Shown: positions 41,896-54,529 of the stretch, in pieces | Layout: every line of letters begins with the position of its first letter | Numbering within the stretch: position 1 is the first letter of the stretch | Source: Octopus vulgaris | Taxonomy: Eukaryota | Assembly (NCBI GenBank): GCA_951406725.2 | Contig: OX597837.1 | Span: 18,724,001-18,788,000, forward strand | DNA length: 64,000 nucleotides | Direction: 5' to 3' | Position numbers and translations under genes: made by a program | The notes under the pieces: model-generated | Databases searched by the model: none | What the model saw: only the letters and a program-made list of their open reading frames with translations | What the model was told of the DNA's origin: nothing

Positions 41896-41956
<61 letters not shown>

Positions 41957-42507
41957 GAAAAGAGGTAAGGAGAGAAAGAGAGAGAGAAAGAAGAAAAGAG
42001 GAGAGAGAGAGAAAGAGAGAGAGAGAAAGAGAACCAGACAGCGAGAGGAGGTGTGACTTGTACTCTGTGTTGGGTGATTAGTTTTGACAGATAAATTAAA
42101 CATTCAATTAGACTTGCCGCAATAAAATCTGAAGGTGTCAGTGATGAGTCGGAGCTGTTGACATCCCAGTAGCTGCAGCAGTTACTTCCCAAATAGTGGT
42201 GGTGGCGGCGGCGGCAGTAGTAGTAGTAGTAGTAGTAGTAGTAGCAGTAGTAGTAGTAGTAGTAGTAGTTGTTGTTATTGTTGATATAACTTATCTAGAT
42301 CAGCTCTGATGGAGCAGCGCTATGATCCAGGGTGTTCCAGCTATTGTGAGGAACGAGAAGAATCGATCATACTTGTGAACTGGGGTACGTTATTAATCGA
42401 TCCTGGAAGAATGAAAGTTAACTTCGACGGGGTTTGAACACTGAGCGCAAAGCATTGTATTCGATGCTCTAACGATTCTACCAGTTGGTCGATTATATGT
42501 AATATAT

Positions 42508-42930
42508 CTTTTACTTCTTTCAGTCACTGAACAGCGGCCACGCTGGAGCACGGCCTTCAAAGGTTTAGTCGAACACATCGACCCCAGTACTTATATTCTA
42601 AGTCTTGTACTTATTCTATCAGTTCTCTTTTGCCGAATCGCTAAGTTGCGAAGACGTAAACGAACCAATACTGGATGTCAAGCGGTGGGGGTTGGGGTGG
42701 GGACAAACACAACACAAACATAAAAACACACACATAGATACAAACACGCATATACATACATATGCACATACACACATATACACACACATATACATATATG
42801 TCTTCAAAATGCACTCACAAGGCATTGGTTGACTCGAGACTATAGTAAATGACTCTCGCCCACCAAGGTGCCACGCAGTGGGACTGAACCCCGAACCGTG
42901 CGGATGGGAAGTAAACTTCTTACTGCACTG
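42508..42930 (-). mobile_element. Family A SINE, diverged
   Basis: Tail ttttacttctttcagtca through head caaggtgccacgcagtgggactgaacc. Confidence 0.75.
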
Positions 42931-43383
42931 CAGCTTCCTCTAGAAGGACAATGTTCAAGGGAGCAATGACTAGACATTTCCTCTGTGGATGTTCAAGGAA
43001 GATAACTATGTTCGGCTCTATTAACCGAAATATTTGGGCAGCACAAAGTGGAGTGGATGGGGTTATTAAAGGCAAATGGTGAAAGGAACAGACATGCTTC
43101 TGTTTTATTAGACCTTCTCAGCGAAGCATGTTCTACTCAGCAAGAGTACTTTGTGGGGTTAATAATCTTAATCTTTAGTTACAGTTTCTCATTAAAACTA
43201 CATAATAGGCAGAATTGTCGGATTAAGACAGCCGAGTGTTTTGAGGGAGATTTGGCTGCTATTTCTACCAGGTCTAGCTACCATGTACGGGTCTACACTT
43301 AATTTTCATTCACATATGCCTAACCGAAAACGATCACAGCCACATCATTCAAACGGACCGAGTGAAACCGGGTTTAGCTGCTA

Positions 43384-43438
<55 letters not shown>

Positions 43439-43526
43439 CACGGAGATATAAAGAGAAGGAAGAGAGAGGGAAAGAATAAGGAAGAGGTATGTAACACTAA
43501 TATATAACTTTATTCTCTTTTATAAG

Positions 43527-43663
43527 GCATCAAGCAACCGAGGCGAACAGCAATATGAAGAACAAGGGAAAGAATGCAGCTAACGTCCTGCAACAAAGGA
43601 AATTACTCCACCGAAATCTGCGGAATTTGCAACAACATACACTATCTAGAGAAATACTTTCCA
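43527..43663 (+). CDS. Dmrt2: Dmrt2-like coding exon 2 (not in the ORF track)
   Basis: Acceptor tttattctcttttataag, donor A|gtaag, 137 nt. Continues exon 1 in phase as (R)HQATEANSNMKNKGKNAANVLQQRKLLHRNLRNLQQHTLSREILS, matching the DMRT2 pattern RRQQATE...SLLAKSILE. Phases 2 and 1 join exons 1 and 3 with no frameshift. Confidence 0.88.
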
Positions 43664-44261
43664 GTAAGATTTACTTCTTAGCCCATTTTGAGATGTATGT
43701 ATTGCTGTTGTTGTAGCTTATTACCTGGTCAGTTATGATTAAACAGGCTTGTGTTAAAAAGTCCTGCATCCGTAATTGTTCAGCCTTATATTCAGACACA
43801 GTGTATATTCGAGTACCTTATCAAATGCGTCCTTTTTATTTTCATTTTCTCTTCTCTTGCTTTTGAAGACTGTCAATAAGATGTGATATGAGTGAGGTTT
43901 CGCTTTTAATTCTGCTTGAACAACAAAATCTTATATAGACCACCAAGAGTGATGTGGGTCCCTGTTGAGAACTAAGCATGCGCCAGTAAACTTGAGCACA
44001 ACAGTTGGGCAAGGACTGAAGCACCTGGGGATCAGGACAATTCTGGATCTGTGGGTTTCCTTAATTGATCCCAGTTGGAAGTTCTCCATCATTCATATAT
44101 TCGCATATTTTGTATATTATATATACTTTTGATCTCATCGCTTGTTTTCTCCTTTTCTTACTCTCATCTTTTTGTGCGCTCCATGCGCACAAAATGTTAA
44201 TTGTCCTTGTAATATCCCCTTCTTTGATGCCCTTGTGTCAAATGAAAAACCACCACCGCCG

Positions 44262-44327
<66 letters not shown>

Positions 44328-44399
44328 TTTTACTTTTCAGAGATCTCGGTCTTGTTCTGGTTGGTTCTGTGAGAGCGGACAGCAACCTGTTGTCAGAGA

Positions 44400-45240
44400 T
44401 CTCACAGGGCCTCTTCCCGCAAATACCTGGATGTTAACTTATCGTGGAAGACACTTAACAACCAAGCACAAATCTCAAAATCCTAGCTGTACCCAATAGA
44501 GCAGTTTTTTGGACCTGCCCTGCCCTCATTTCAATTTCAATTTCTCCGACATATTTCTCGAACCTGGTTGTTAGTGCTCCGAGTGCCTTTACAACTACTG
44601 AGACAGCAGCTACACTCCTCATTTCTCACATTCTTACAGTTTCGTCTTTTAGTAGTCTGTATTTCTCTATCTTTTCCAGCTCTTTGTCACCTACGCTTTC
44701 ATCTCCAGGTATTGCAATACCTATCATCCTGGTTTCCTTTTTTCTGGTCTCCGAGAATCGATTAGTGTCACGTTGGACTGTAAAATCCCACAGGATCGTA
44801 TATTTATTATTCTCAGTGATGGCCTCTGGTTCATGTTTATACCATTTCCGTGCTGTGCCCAGACCATACTTTACACACAGTCTCCAGTGAATGAACTTAG
44901 CCACATTTTCGTGTCTCCTTTTGTTGTGCTTTTGGGTCAGCTTGCTACACTCACTCACAATATATGAGATTGTTTCGTTTTTGCTGCCACACATCCTACA
45001 AAGGGGCGATTCACTGCCCTTATCTATTTGGAACATAGTGTAATTAGTTCTCAGAGTTTGTTCCTGGCGCTGCATATCAGTGCCTCAGCGCATCCTTTCA
45101 AATTACTATCATCATCATCATCATCATCGTCGTCGTCGTCGTCGTCGTTGTTGTTGTTGGGTCCTTGGGACCCAACAATAATTGGCACTATCTTCGCCTT
45201 CTCCATTTTCCATAGCCGGACTATTTCGTACTCTGAGGAT
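44400..45240 (-). mobile_element. Dong/R4-like non-LTR retrotransposon 3' fragment (zinc knuckle plus restriction-like endonuclease)
   Basis: ORF 44626-45075 CRMCGSKNETISYIVSECSKL..KRRHENVAKFIHWRLC..ILWDFTVQRD..IAIPGD..KELEKIEKY; second piece EIVRLWKMEKAKIVPIIVGSQG. Confidence 0.85.
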
Positions 45241-45659
45241 TGTATATATATATTTTTCCGCCTTCCTTCTTGATTATTCATGGGTCAAAGGAGCACGCAA
45301 CATCAACTTTATAGCACATGTGGTTCATCTCGTCCACTACCACTAGGTCCGTTCTGTTATGCACTAACACCTGATCTGTTTGGATTGGGGTTTTGCAGGC
45401 TTGCAGGCCTCCGACTCCGCCACTCTCTTCGGTTTGTGTTCATACTACGTTTTGACTCTCTCTCTTGCACTCTGTTCTGTACAAGATAGAATTGGCCATC
45501 TGTTGAATACGTATTGCCCTTTGTTCCATTTTTGTTGTCTTTTGAGTACTTGCGACTAATAAAGAAATGATTATTATTCAGTTGTCTTAATTTTTATAAC
45601 GTGTTTTCACCGTACAACCGACCATAACATTTTAGAGCTTGTGGATGCGCAGTGGTTTT

Positions 45660-46075
45660 CTCTTTTACTCTTCTACTCTTTTACTTGTTTCAGTCATTTG
45701 ACTGTGGCCATGCTGGAGCATCGCCTTTAGTCGAGCAAATCGACCCCGGGACTTGTTCTTTGTAAGCCTAGTACTTATTCTATCGGTCTCTTTTGCCAAC
45801 CGCTAAGTTACGGGAACGTAAACACACCAGTATCGGTTGTCAAGCGATGTTGGGGGGACAAACAGACACACAAGCATATACACACACATACAGATATATA
45901 TACATATACATATATACGACGGGCTTCTTTCAGTTTCCGTCTACCAAATCCACTCACAAGGCTTTGGTCAGCCCGAGGCTACAGTAGAAGACACTTGCCC
46001 AAGGTGCCACGCAGTGGGACTGAACCCGGAACCATGTGGTTCGTAAGCAAGCTACTTACTACACAGTCACTCCTA
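45660..46075 (-). mobile_element. Family A SINE (full length)
   Basis: Near-identical to 1561-1948; head aggagtgactgtgtagtaagtagcttgc on the minus strand. Confidence 0.88.
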
Positions 46076-46158
46076 GGTTATTGTGTTTTTGTGTTTTCTA
46101 CTGTATTGAAAAAACACTCTACGTAATATATGATATGTACAGTGATTAGCAGTGTCAC

Positions 46159-46429
46159 AATCCCTCGCCATATCGCGGTTCACCTTTCGCGGTTCACCTT
46201 TCGCGGTTCACCTTTCGCGGTTCACCTTTCGCGGTTCACCTTTCGCGGTTTATTATTTAAGCTTACATCGATTCCTCTGTGGTGTTGTTTTGCATTTATA
46301 ATAAAATAAATATATAAAAATCATAAAAATAAAAAATATATACAGTACAGTTCTGTTTCTGCTTCGCGGATTTTCACCTATCGCGTGGGGTTTTGGAACG
46401 TAACACCTGCGACAGTCGAGGGATTACTG
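46159..46429. mobile_element. Tigger-like MITE with an internal 14-bp tandem repeat
   Basis: aatccctcg ... cgagggattactg|TA; (tcgcggttcacctt)x5 plus a partial copy at 46173-46250. Confidence 0.65.
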
Positions 46430-46508
46430 TATTGTACATGTTTGTAAGTCCGGGGTCTATGGCTGTGCATTTACCTGCATGCTTATTATTGTGCCTATAT
46501 TAGAAGGG

Positions 46509-46547
<39 letters not shown>

Positions 46548-46551
46548 GTTG

Positions 46552-46642
<91 letters not shown>

Positions 46643-46645
<3 letters not shown>

Positions 46646-46845
46646 GGCGGCGAGCGGGCAGAATCGTTAGCACGCTCGACGAAATGCGTAGCGGTTTTTC
46701 GCCTGCCGCTATGTTCTGAGTTCGAGTTCCGCCGAGGTCAGCTTTGTGTTTCATTCTTTCGGGGTCGATAAATTAAGTACCAGTGTAATCGACTAGCCCT
46801 CCCACCAAGATTTCAGGCCTTGTACCTATAGTAGAAAGGATTATT
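46643..46845 (+). mobile_element. SINE family B inserted in (ATT)n just upstream of exon 3
   Basis: aaggcggcgagcgggcagaatcgttagcacg..tagtagaaaggattattatt; (ATT)n on both sides. Confidence 0.82.
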
Positions 46846-46883
46846 ATTATTATTATTATTATTATTAAATATTTATTTTTTAG

Positions 46884-47160
46884 GTTACCGCTCCCGACTG
46901 CAATGTCTACCTTCTCCCGAGAGTATTCGAGGAGTCCTGCCTTACATGAACGAAAGAATGCGCAAGCGGAGATGTTTTGCTGACAAAGAACTTGAAGTAG
47001 TGATGTACCAGAGAGAACAAGAAGCTGAAATTGTTGCCAAATCGAAATCTAACGTAGGTGCAGATGCACTTTCTGCAGTCGGCACTTTACGTTTACCTAT
47101 GGTCAATAACAATCTGCAAAATTATACAGGAGAACGTCGACCTGGACCACAGCATCAATC

Positions 47161-47226
<66 letters not shown>

Positions 47227-48253
47227 ACATCAACAGCAACAGCAGCAGCAAATTCAGCAGCAGCAACTCCAAACCCCAAAAGAATTCTTAGGAAGAATTT
47301 TCCCGGCCTTAAATCCGAACCTCTTAGAACTGGTGTGGCAAGGTTGTGGCGGTAGCTTAGAGCGAGCGATTGAACACCTAGCCACAGGTATCAAGTCAAG
47401 TCTGGTGGTTGCTTCTAACAGTGCCAATTTTATGAACTCTGCTGGATATTGTCCTGCCACCCTAAATCAACTAATCCAAACCTACTCCGTCCATTACCCG
47501 TTTCACACATCACCTTTCAATTCAGACCACCCGATATATTTTAATTCATCGTTGTCGCCACCATCCCCGATCCTTTCGTCCATCACTAGTGTGCCTTCAG
47601 GTAGAATTCCATCCACTTCCCCCTCGTTGACATCAAAGTGTCCGGAAGATACTTTGTCTCTTTCATCGTCCACTCTTTCATCTTCATCACCTTCGTTGCC
47701 ATCAACTATTTCCCCTTCTGTCACTAAAGACAAACTACAATTCCAAAGTGCGCAACAAAAAGTTAATTACCAACTGTTGTCCTTGAATTTGTACACATCC
47801 ACAAACCAGAAAGATCCAGACGGATTAGAGCAACGCAAAAGTGGTAAAAGCTACAGTGGCTGTGTTCACACATCTACAGAAATTTCTTCCAAAGTCAACG
47901 ACGGAGTACCAGGAAAAAACGTTGAGCACAGTGGTACAAGTAGAATGTCTCCTGGTGAGAGTGTATCCCCTACATGCCAGACACCGCTAGCATTGGTTAC
48001 AACTATCGGTAAAAATGGTCTCAGTAACATGAGAAAACTTATAACTACGGAAGAGCTGTTGAAAAGAAGATCAGCTTTTCAATGTTTAGTCAGACCATTA
48101 AATCGGCCGAAAGCAGCAGACATAAACGATAGCTACGCAGAAGGAGCAACAATTAATTCGTTTAAAATGGAATCTCAAACAGAAAGAACTTTTACTACTG
48201 AGCGTGCGAAGATCCCGCTTAAGTTCTCTGTAGCTGCATTGATTGGCAAATAA
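46884..48253 (+). CDS. Dmrt2: Dmrt2-like coding exon 3 (conserved RMRKRR..ADKELE box, polyQ, DMA/CUE-like domain, C-terminal eh1 motif)
   Basis: Acceptor atttattttttag then (S)YRSRLQCLPSPESIRGVLPYMNERMRKRRCFADKELEVVMYQRE, matching the DMRT2 box DRMRKRRAFADKELENIMLERE. In frame with the 435-aa ORF 46946-48253; ends PLKFSVAALIGK*. Confidence 0.9.
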
Positions 48254-48416
48254 ACTAAACTGTTCGATATCCTGACCTGTTTGATATCATACCTCTGCAC
48301 CAACCAAAACTGCTATCAATTGAGACATACAGCAAACAAATGCGTGATCTAAACTGACAATTAAAATACACACACGCACACACACACACACACACTCACA
48401 CACACACACACACACA

Positions 48417-48493
<77 letters not shown>

Positions 48494-49764
48494 TTATACG
48501 ATTAGTCAGCCAGTAACATCAGATGTTCGACGTTAAATAGTATTAGTCTGAAATTGTTCTATATATCAGACAGAAGATAACTTTGGGATTAACACTTTAT
48601 AAGCTCTAGAAATGCCTTGTTAAAATAGTGTTAACATATTTAAGACAATCAACATTCAATACGTTAACAATAACTACTTAGCTATTAGTTTTCGTGCGGA
48701 AAGCGTATAAGTAATTTATTTTGTAGTCTTGTCTCTCTAAAGCTGTCATCACGTCTTAAAAACCATAGAGAAGTCATCTAATTAAATATTTTGTGAAATA
48801 GATGAAAGGTATAGATGGGCTCTGTCAGCTGAATAAAAACCTCTGGAATTCTCTTCAGATGAATCGAAATGAGCCGAAAGGAGAAGTAAAAAGAAACAAA
48901 CATGCTAGACAATACAGACAAATAAATGTGAAAATATGAGGCAGAATGAAGGATTAATTTTATACAATACTTATTCCTGATTTAGTAGTTTTATCAAATG
49001 CTTTGTGATTCCCGTCATCTCCCCGAATTCTTTTTAGGACGCAAATAAGTTTCCATTTTGCAATATAGAAGTCGGTTGTTCATCAAATAAGCAGCAATAT
49101 TCAATGACAATGCAGACATACACAGAAACTGTGATTACAAGACATACAGGGGAAATATCACGCATACACATACTCATATATACATACACACACGTCATAT
49201 ACATACAATATAGACACAAGAAATAAAATTCAAATATGGATTTCTTAAAGAAAAATAATAATTACTGAAAATAAAACTATTTAAATAGCAAGAAAAACAG
49301 CAATTCAAATAATTTTTCTAATTTTTTTTTTTTTTTGCTGAAAGTTTTAATGTTTAAAAATTAAAAACGAATATCCAAAACAATTTTGTTTTTCATTTTT
49401 GGAATAAAAATTTTCGCTAATATTTTTATCATAATTTAAATGTAAATGATTAACATTTTTCTTTCTCTCAGAGACGCCATTTGCATGAAAAAAACAATAA
49501 AGTTTTTGTCAACGTATTTAACGTATAGAGAGCATTGGAACAGCTAAATAGAAATAACCATGCAGTAAAATGAGAGGGCAAAAACGTTGTCTAGGTTTGA
49601 TTATTATTGTTTTAATTATCGCAAATGTATAATGAGCATTTCTAAAGTCAGTTTTAAATTAGTTGCTGTGTGTATTATCAGACGGTATTTGGCAGCACGA
49701 TGTTTCCCGCCACGTTTTATTCTTTTTTCAAGAATAAAACTTTATTTTTTCAAATGAATACATG

Positions 49765-49885
<121 letters not shown>

Positions 49886-50569
49886 ATTAAAAAGTAATAT
49901 TTGGATTATAGTTGAGAACTTATTGTAATCTTGTGTATTAACTTTTAACATCCCATTTTATATACACTAAATTGACATAATTGTTCTTATTTAGGCACAA
50001 AACTAGCTTTTTATGGTGGCGCTGGTGGTGTCTGGTGGTGGCGTGTTGAGGTTTGGTCTATTATATCGACCCGGGTATTTTATTCTATCTATCCGACGGG
50101 ATAAAGGGCAATGTAGAACTAGTGAGATGTGAACTCAGAATACAAAGAGCCGGAGCAAATGCAGCAAACTCTTTTTTTAACCTGATGCTCTAATGATTCT
50201 GCCCGCTCTCTGTCTTTTAAATTGATATCTAATAGCAAAAAAAATTATAATCGTTAAAAACACACAAAGCTTTATTTTTATTACTGTGCTTTTTTAAAAA
50301 AGTGGGTTGGGAAAAAATCTTGTTAGCAAATCCCGTGTGTTATAAGCACTCATAATTTTAATCTCTTGTAGCAATTATATACCACCGTTATACACAGTAT
50401 AACTCAGTGTTGTACAGACGTAACGAAGTACGGGGTTGTCCGTCTTGTTCCGATAAAGTCTCATATTAAATATATTTACACTAACTTTACTGAAGCGCTT
50501 GTTACACTTCTAAACAGAAGATTGACTTTCCTTCAATTCACCATTTTAGTTCATCAAAGCATAAAATAT

Positions 50570-53290
50570 TGTATTGTTGTTGTTGTTGTTTTGGTATCGG
50601 CAAGATGTCCCTTCATGTTACTCGTAATTTTTCTTTGTTTTAAATGTTTTAAAAGTTTATGTTCGGAATGGTTTGCTCTGTGTTAATACACTGAACAAGA
50701 TTCTGGGGAAGGGGTAAGTTTAGTTGTATTTTGGGGTGGATTTTGTAAATTATATTTCAGAACTCGAGCATCTTTTTAAAATCAAAGCATGTCGAATTTT
50801 TTGACAGAATTTCGGAGTTAAACGGCGGTTATACAATAGCAGTTTTAATTCAGCAAAGCAAAGCACCCACAACCACCTGATAACCCGATGCAGTTTGCTC
50901 ATATCCACATTGACACATTCGAAAACTCCAGTCGGTAAGTACTTGACACGTGGAAACATATGAGCAGGCCTGTGAAACTTTTAGATCTTCCTAAGCGTAC
51001 ACCCAAGATACTGAGCCAATCTCTCATTAGCACAAAGGAGCGAGACAACTCGGGGAAATTCTCTAGACGCCTAAAGCGATCTGGTTTCCACGCTTCTGTC
51101 GGAATGTAGTGGGCTACTAGTCTGATCGCTTTTAGTACTACCAACTAACCTCCTTGGTCCAAGATGATGGTCCGTATCTTAAGACTTTTTTCCACACAAC
51201 CCAGCCTCCAAATTTCAGTCTACTTAAAGATGCGCACATCTCGTATCCAACGAAAATAGGTGTGAAGGCTCGTGACTCGGAGGCTCTGCTTTCATTGATG
51301 GCGGCCTATATTAAGCAACCAGTAGTCGTTGAATATGTGGCCATGCTTCCATGGCGATCCTAGGTTACATGCTTTTACACTCCCTGTTCTAAGAAAGAAG
51401 GGAATGAGGAAAGTCTACGTACATTGTTGCGAGGTGTTCCGTCCTGCTGGTTAGTATGTTAACTGTCATATTTTTATAGATTTCGTCGGGCTATGTTTTT
51501 AGCTGGTTGCATGCTCATTATGATGTTTTTAGAATTTGCATATGTGTTGGTATGTTATTTGTTAGTGTGACGAAATCAGGGTGTGTAATGTTTGTGCATT
51601 GTTGTATGAGATTTATTAGTTCTTTGTTGTTTGTATTTATGGTCATGTAGTCTATGATGTTTTTTTTGCGGGTGTTGTTCTCGTTGGCTTGGGTGCAGAT
51701 TGAGTTGTCCTCGTGCTTGTGATGTTGTTGGTGTCTGTGATGGCGGTGGTGGCGGTGGTGGCGATGATGATGTTGATGAAGCTGATGAGGGTATTGTTGG
51801 TGGAAACGGTGTGTGTTTGCTTGAAGTATTTCCTCTGTTCGAATCTCCAAGGCTTGGGGGAGAGGGTGGGGTTTCTTCTCTTTTGCTTCTTACTTTTTGT
51901 TGTTGATCATCTTCTGCCATTTCAGCTCTTCACGCTTACCTTCACCACTCGCCACTCCAAAGTTGTCCGAAGTGGGGAGAGGCATGTCTTGAGAGTGTTC
52001 TGTTGTTGTTGTTGTTGTTGCCAGTGGTGTAGTGACACTTTAGGGTGGTACTTCTTTTCTTGATTTTGTTGCTGCTGCTTCCACTGTTGGGGTTGTAGGT
52101 TCTGTTGCTGTGGTTGCCAATTTTACTGTTGCGGTAGCTGTTGCTGCTGTTCTAGCTGCATGCTCCCATTGGTGCTGCTGCTATTTTTGCTTTTCGTGTT
52201 GTTGCTGCTGCAGTAATGGAATCGGCGGCAGTGGGGCGGGCTTTCTTTTTCTCCTCCTTTACTGTGAACAGAAACTGTTTAAATTGTTTGTGTTACCTCA
52301 TAAGTTGCACCTTGGCTTTCTGCCCTCAACCGGCACGAACAGTTGCAAGCCACCTAAGGGTGATCAAGACCAGAATGGTTTCCATACTTTCTTGATCCAA
52401 TTAGCTCAACAGTTCCACCCCTAGCCGACTAATTTTTCTTCTGTTGCCTACGGCCCATTGATATGTTGGTTTTGTTCTCTTGTCAAATAAAACAGCCGCT
52501 AATTCCGGTGGTACATTGGACACAGTTATTTTCACTACTCTCTGGTATGTGGACCAGTTCGTCACTCTTTAGGGATATTACAGAATGCTTCTGGCCTCCT
52601 TCTTGTTTGGAAATCTCATCTGTACTATACCGAATCTTTTTCCTCTAGCGAGTTTTGGTGTCTCAGAGTGGTTTAAGACACTTTTCGATTTGGCTCTGGG
52701 TCTCTTGTTCCACTTACCCGCTTTTCAGTCTATATATTTACATATACACATTTATATATGAGAGATTTCTGGTATGTGTCTTCTTGTACATTTTGAGGCA
52801 CGTTTAAAGTAATCGTGTGGCTACCTTTAGCGAGGAAGTGTTTCACATCTTTCCTGTCATACTGAGGTAAAGCAATTACTTCTTTTACTGGGACCCCGTC
52901 GGCGAAACCGCCACGAGTGGATTTGTTTGTCGAAATATTTTTGTTGTTGTTTTAGTTTTAATGTTAGTGATGGTGGCGGTCGTCGTCGTTGCGTTGTTAT
53001 CACTGGTAACTGTGTTGTTCCCACAATTAAGTTTTTTTTTTGTTTGTTTTCGTGGTTCTCATTTTCATTGATGCTGTTGCCGTTTGCCACTACATCTGTT
53101 GTTTCTATCGGCACGAGTGAAGCTGGTGGTGATTTTAATGGTGATGGTACTTTAATTTGAGCTGGTGGAAGCAGCATTAAAAGGGCTCTTTCATTTACTG
53201 CTTTATTCCTTCGGGCTTTTCTGGGAGAGATTTCGACGCCATTTTTCTTCTTTTTTTTTGTTTAAAAAAAATGAGTAAATCCCAGACAAA
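50570..53290 (-). mobile_element. Degenerate gag/ORF1-like retroelement without detectable RT
   Basis: Minus-strand low-complexity P/T/Q/K-rich ORF pieces, a start context aaaaATGGCG near 53241 and a zinc-knuckle relic LFVPVEGRKPRCNL*GNTNNLNSFC near 52265-52345. Confidence 0.45.
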
Positions 53291-53554
53291 AAATTCCAAA
53301 TTCCTCTCTGAAAGTAGAAAATATAACGAAGCTGATTAGTTCCCTAATATGTATGTTAATTTTAAGAATAACACAGAGTAAAAGGGTTTAAACAAAGACC
53401 TTTAAAACGCATTTAAAACAAACAAAACTTGTGAGCCACTCGAAGTGATGTCTTGCTGATACCAAAACAACAACAACGACAATGGGCACAAGGCCAGTGC
53501 TTTTTAGGAGGGAGAGACAATGGTCTTAAATTTTACCACAGGGGCAACAATTTG

Positions 53555-53733
53555 GGGGGAGGGGTAAGTCGATTTCTTCGACCCCACTGTTTCACTGGTA
53601 TTTAATTTATCGACCCCAAAAGGACGAAAGACAAAGTCAACCTCGGCGGAATTTGAACTCAAAACGTAGCGATGGCCGAAATACCGCTAAGCATTTTGCT
53701 AGGCGTGCTAACAAGTCTGCCAGCGCACCGCCT
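53555..53733 (-). mobile_element. SINE family B
   Basis: Reverse complement of the 11270 type. Confidence 0.8.
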
Positions 53734-53884
53734 ACGAAAAAAAACTCTTTCAATACAGTAACCATAAGAGCATCACAGCACATACCCAAGGCACACAGAG
53801 CTGCACTCGGTAGTGCAGTGAATGCACATAAAATAAGACTACTGAATAATGATAATAATAATAATGATGATGATGATGATGATG

Positions 53885-53944
<60 letters not shown>

Positions 53945-54485
53945 TACCCTGATGCAGTACCAGGCAGTGCCTCTTGTGGCTTCTGATCTTAACTGATTGG
54001 AAGTGTTATTATGTACATTGTTTTGTCTTGGTATAAAAGATGGGCTACAGCAAATATTCTGATTTGCTTGTCAGTTGCTTGACCTTAACCAGTTGAGCAT
54101 GTCCCTTTAGTGGCTGACAATATGTGCATCTCCGATCGTGAGCAGAAGTAGTGGGGGAGCATCATAGCCGTGTGTTGAAAGGAATTCTGAGAGGTTTGGA
54201 TAATTCACCTTTGGAAACATGGGCGGTTCGTTAAACATCCTAACCTCTTATTCAGGGACCTTTTGAGCGGGATAGGTTACTCGGCCAGAAGAAAATTCTA
54301 ACTAGGCTCCACCTGCAAGGTCATGTGCCGTTTATCTTGATATGAGATCACCATGTTGCGCATATATGGTTGTGATGCATGTACTTAGTGTATCCTTATC
54401 AGACAGGTAGTCATGATGGGTATACTGGGCTTCATATATTTTACCCCAGTGTCACCTTGATGGCACGCACTGCTCTCTCACTCAA
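53945..54485. mobile_element. Non-coding interspersed element flanked by (AAT)n on both sides
   Basis: About 540 bp of complex sequence between two (AAT/GAT)n tracts; no ORF; single copy in this window. Confidence 0.45.
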
Positions 54486-54529
54486 TAATAATAATAATGA
54501 TAATGATAATAATAATAATAATTCATTCT

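Noticed and set aside
46173-46250. Short regular repeats (also 26243-26293 and 57795-57875) as a CRISPR-like array
   Set aside because: Contiguous tandem repeats with no unique spacers, no cas genes, and a eukaryotic context.
51416-51430. DMRT-like binding site tacattgttgc as an autoregulatory element
   Set aside because: Single short match inside a retroelement relic; expected by chance in 64 kb.
51782-51815. CUGAUGA..GAAAC on the + strand
   Set aside because: No stem II and the triplet is GUG, not NUH; low-complexity context.
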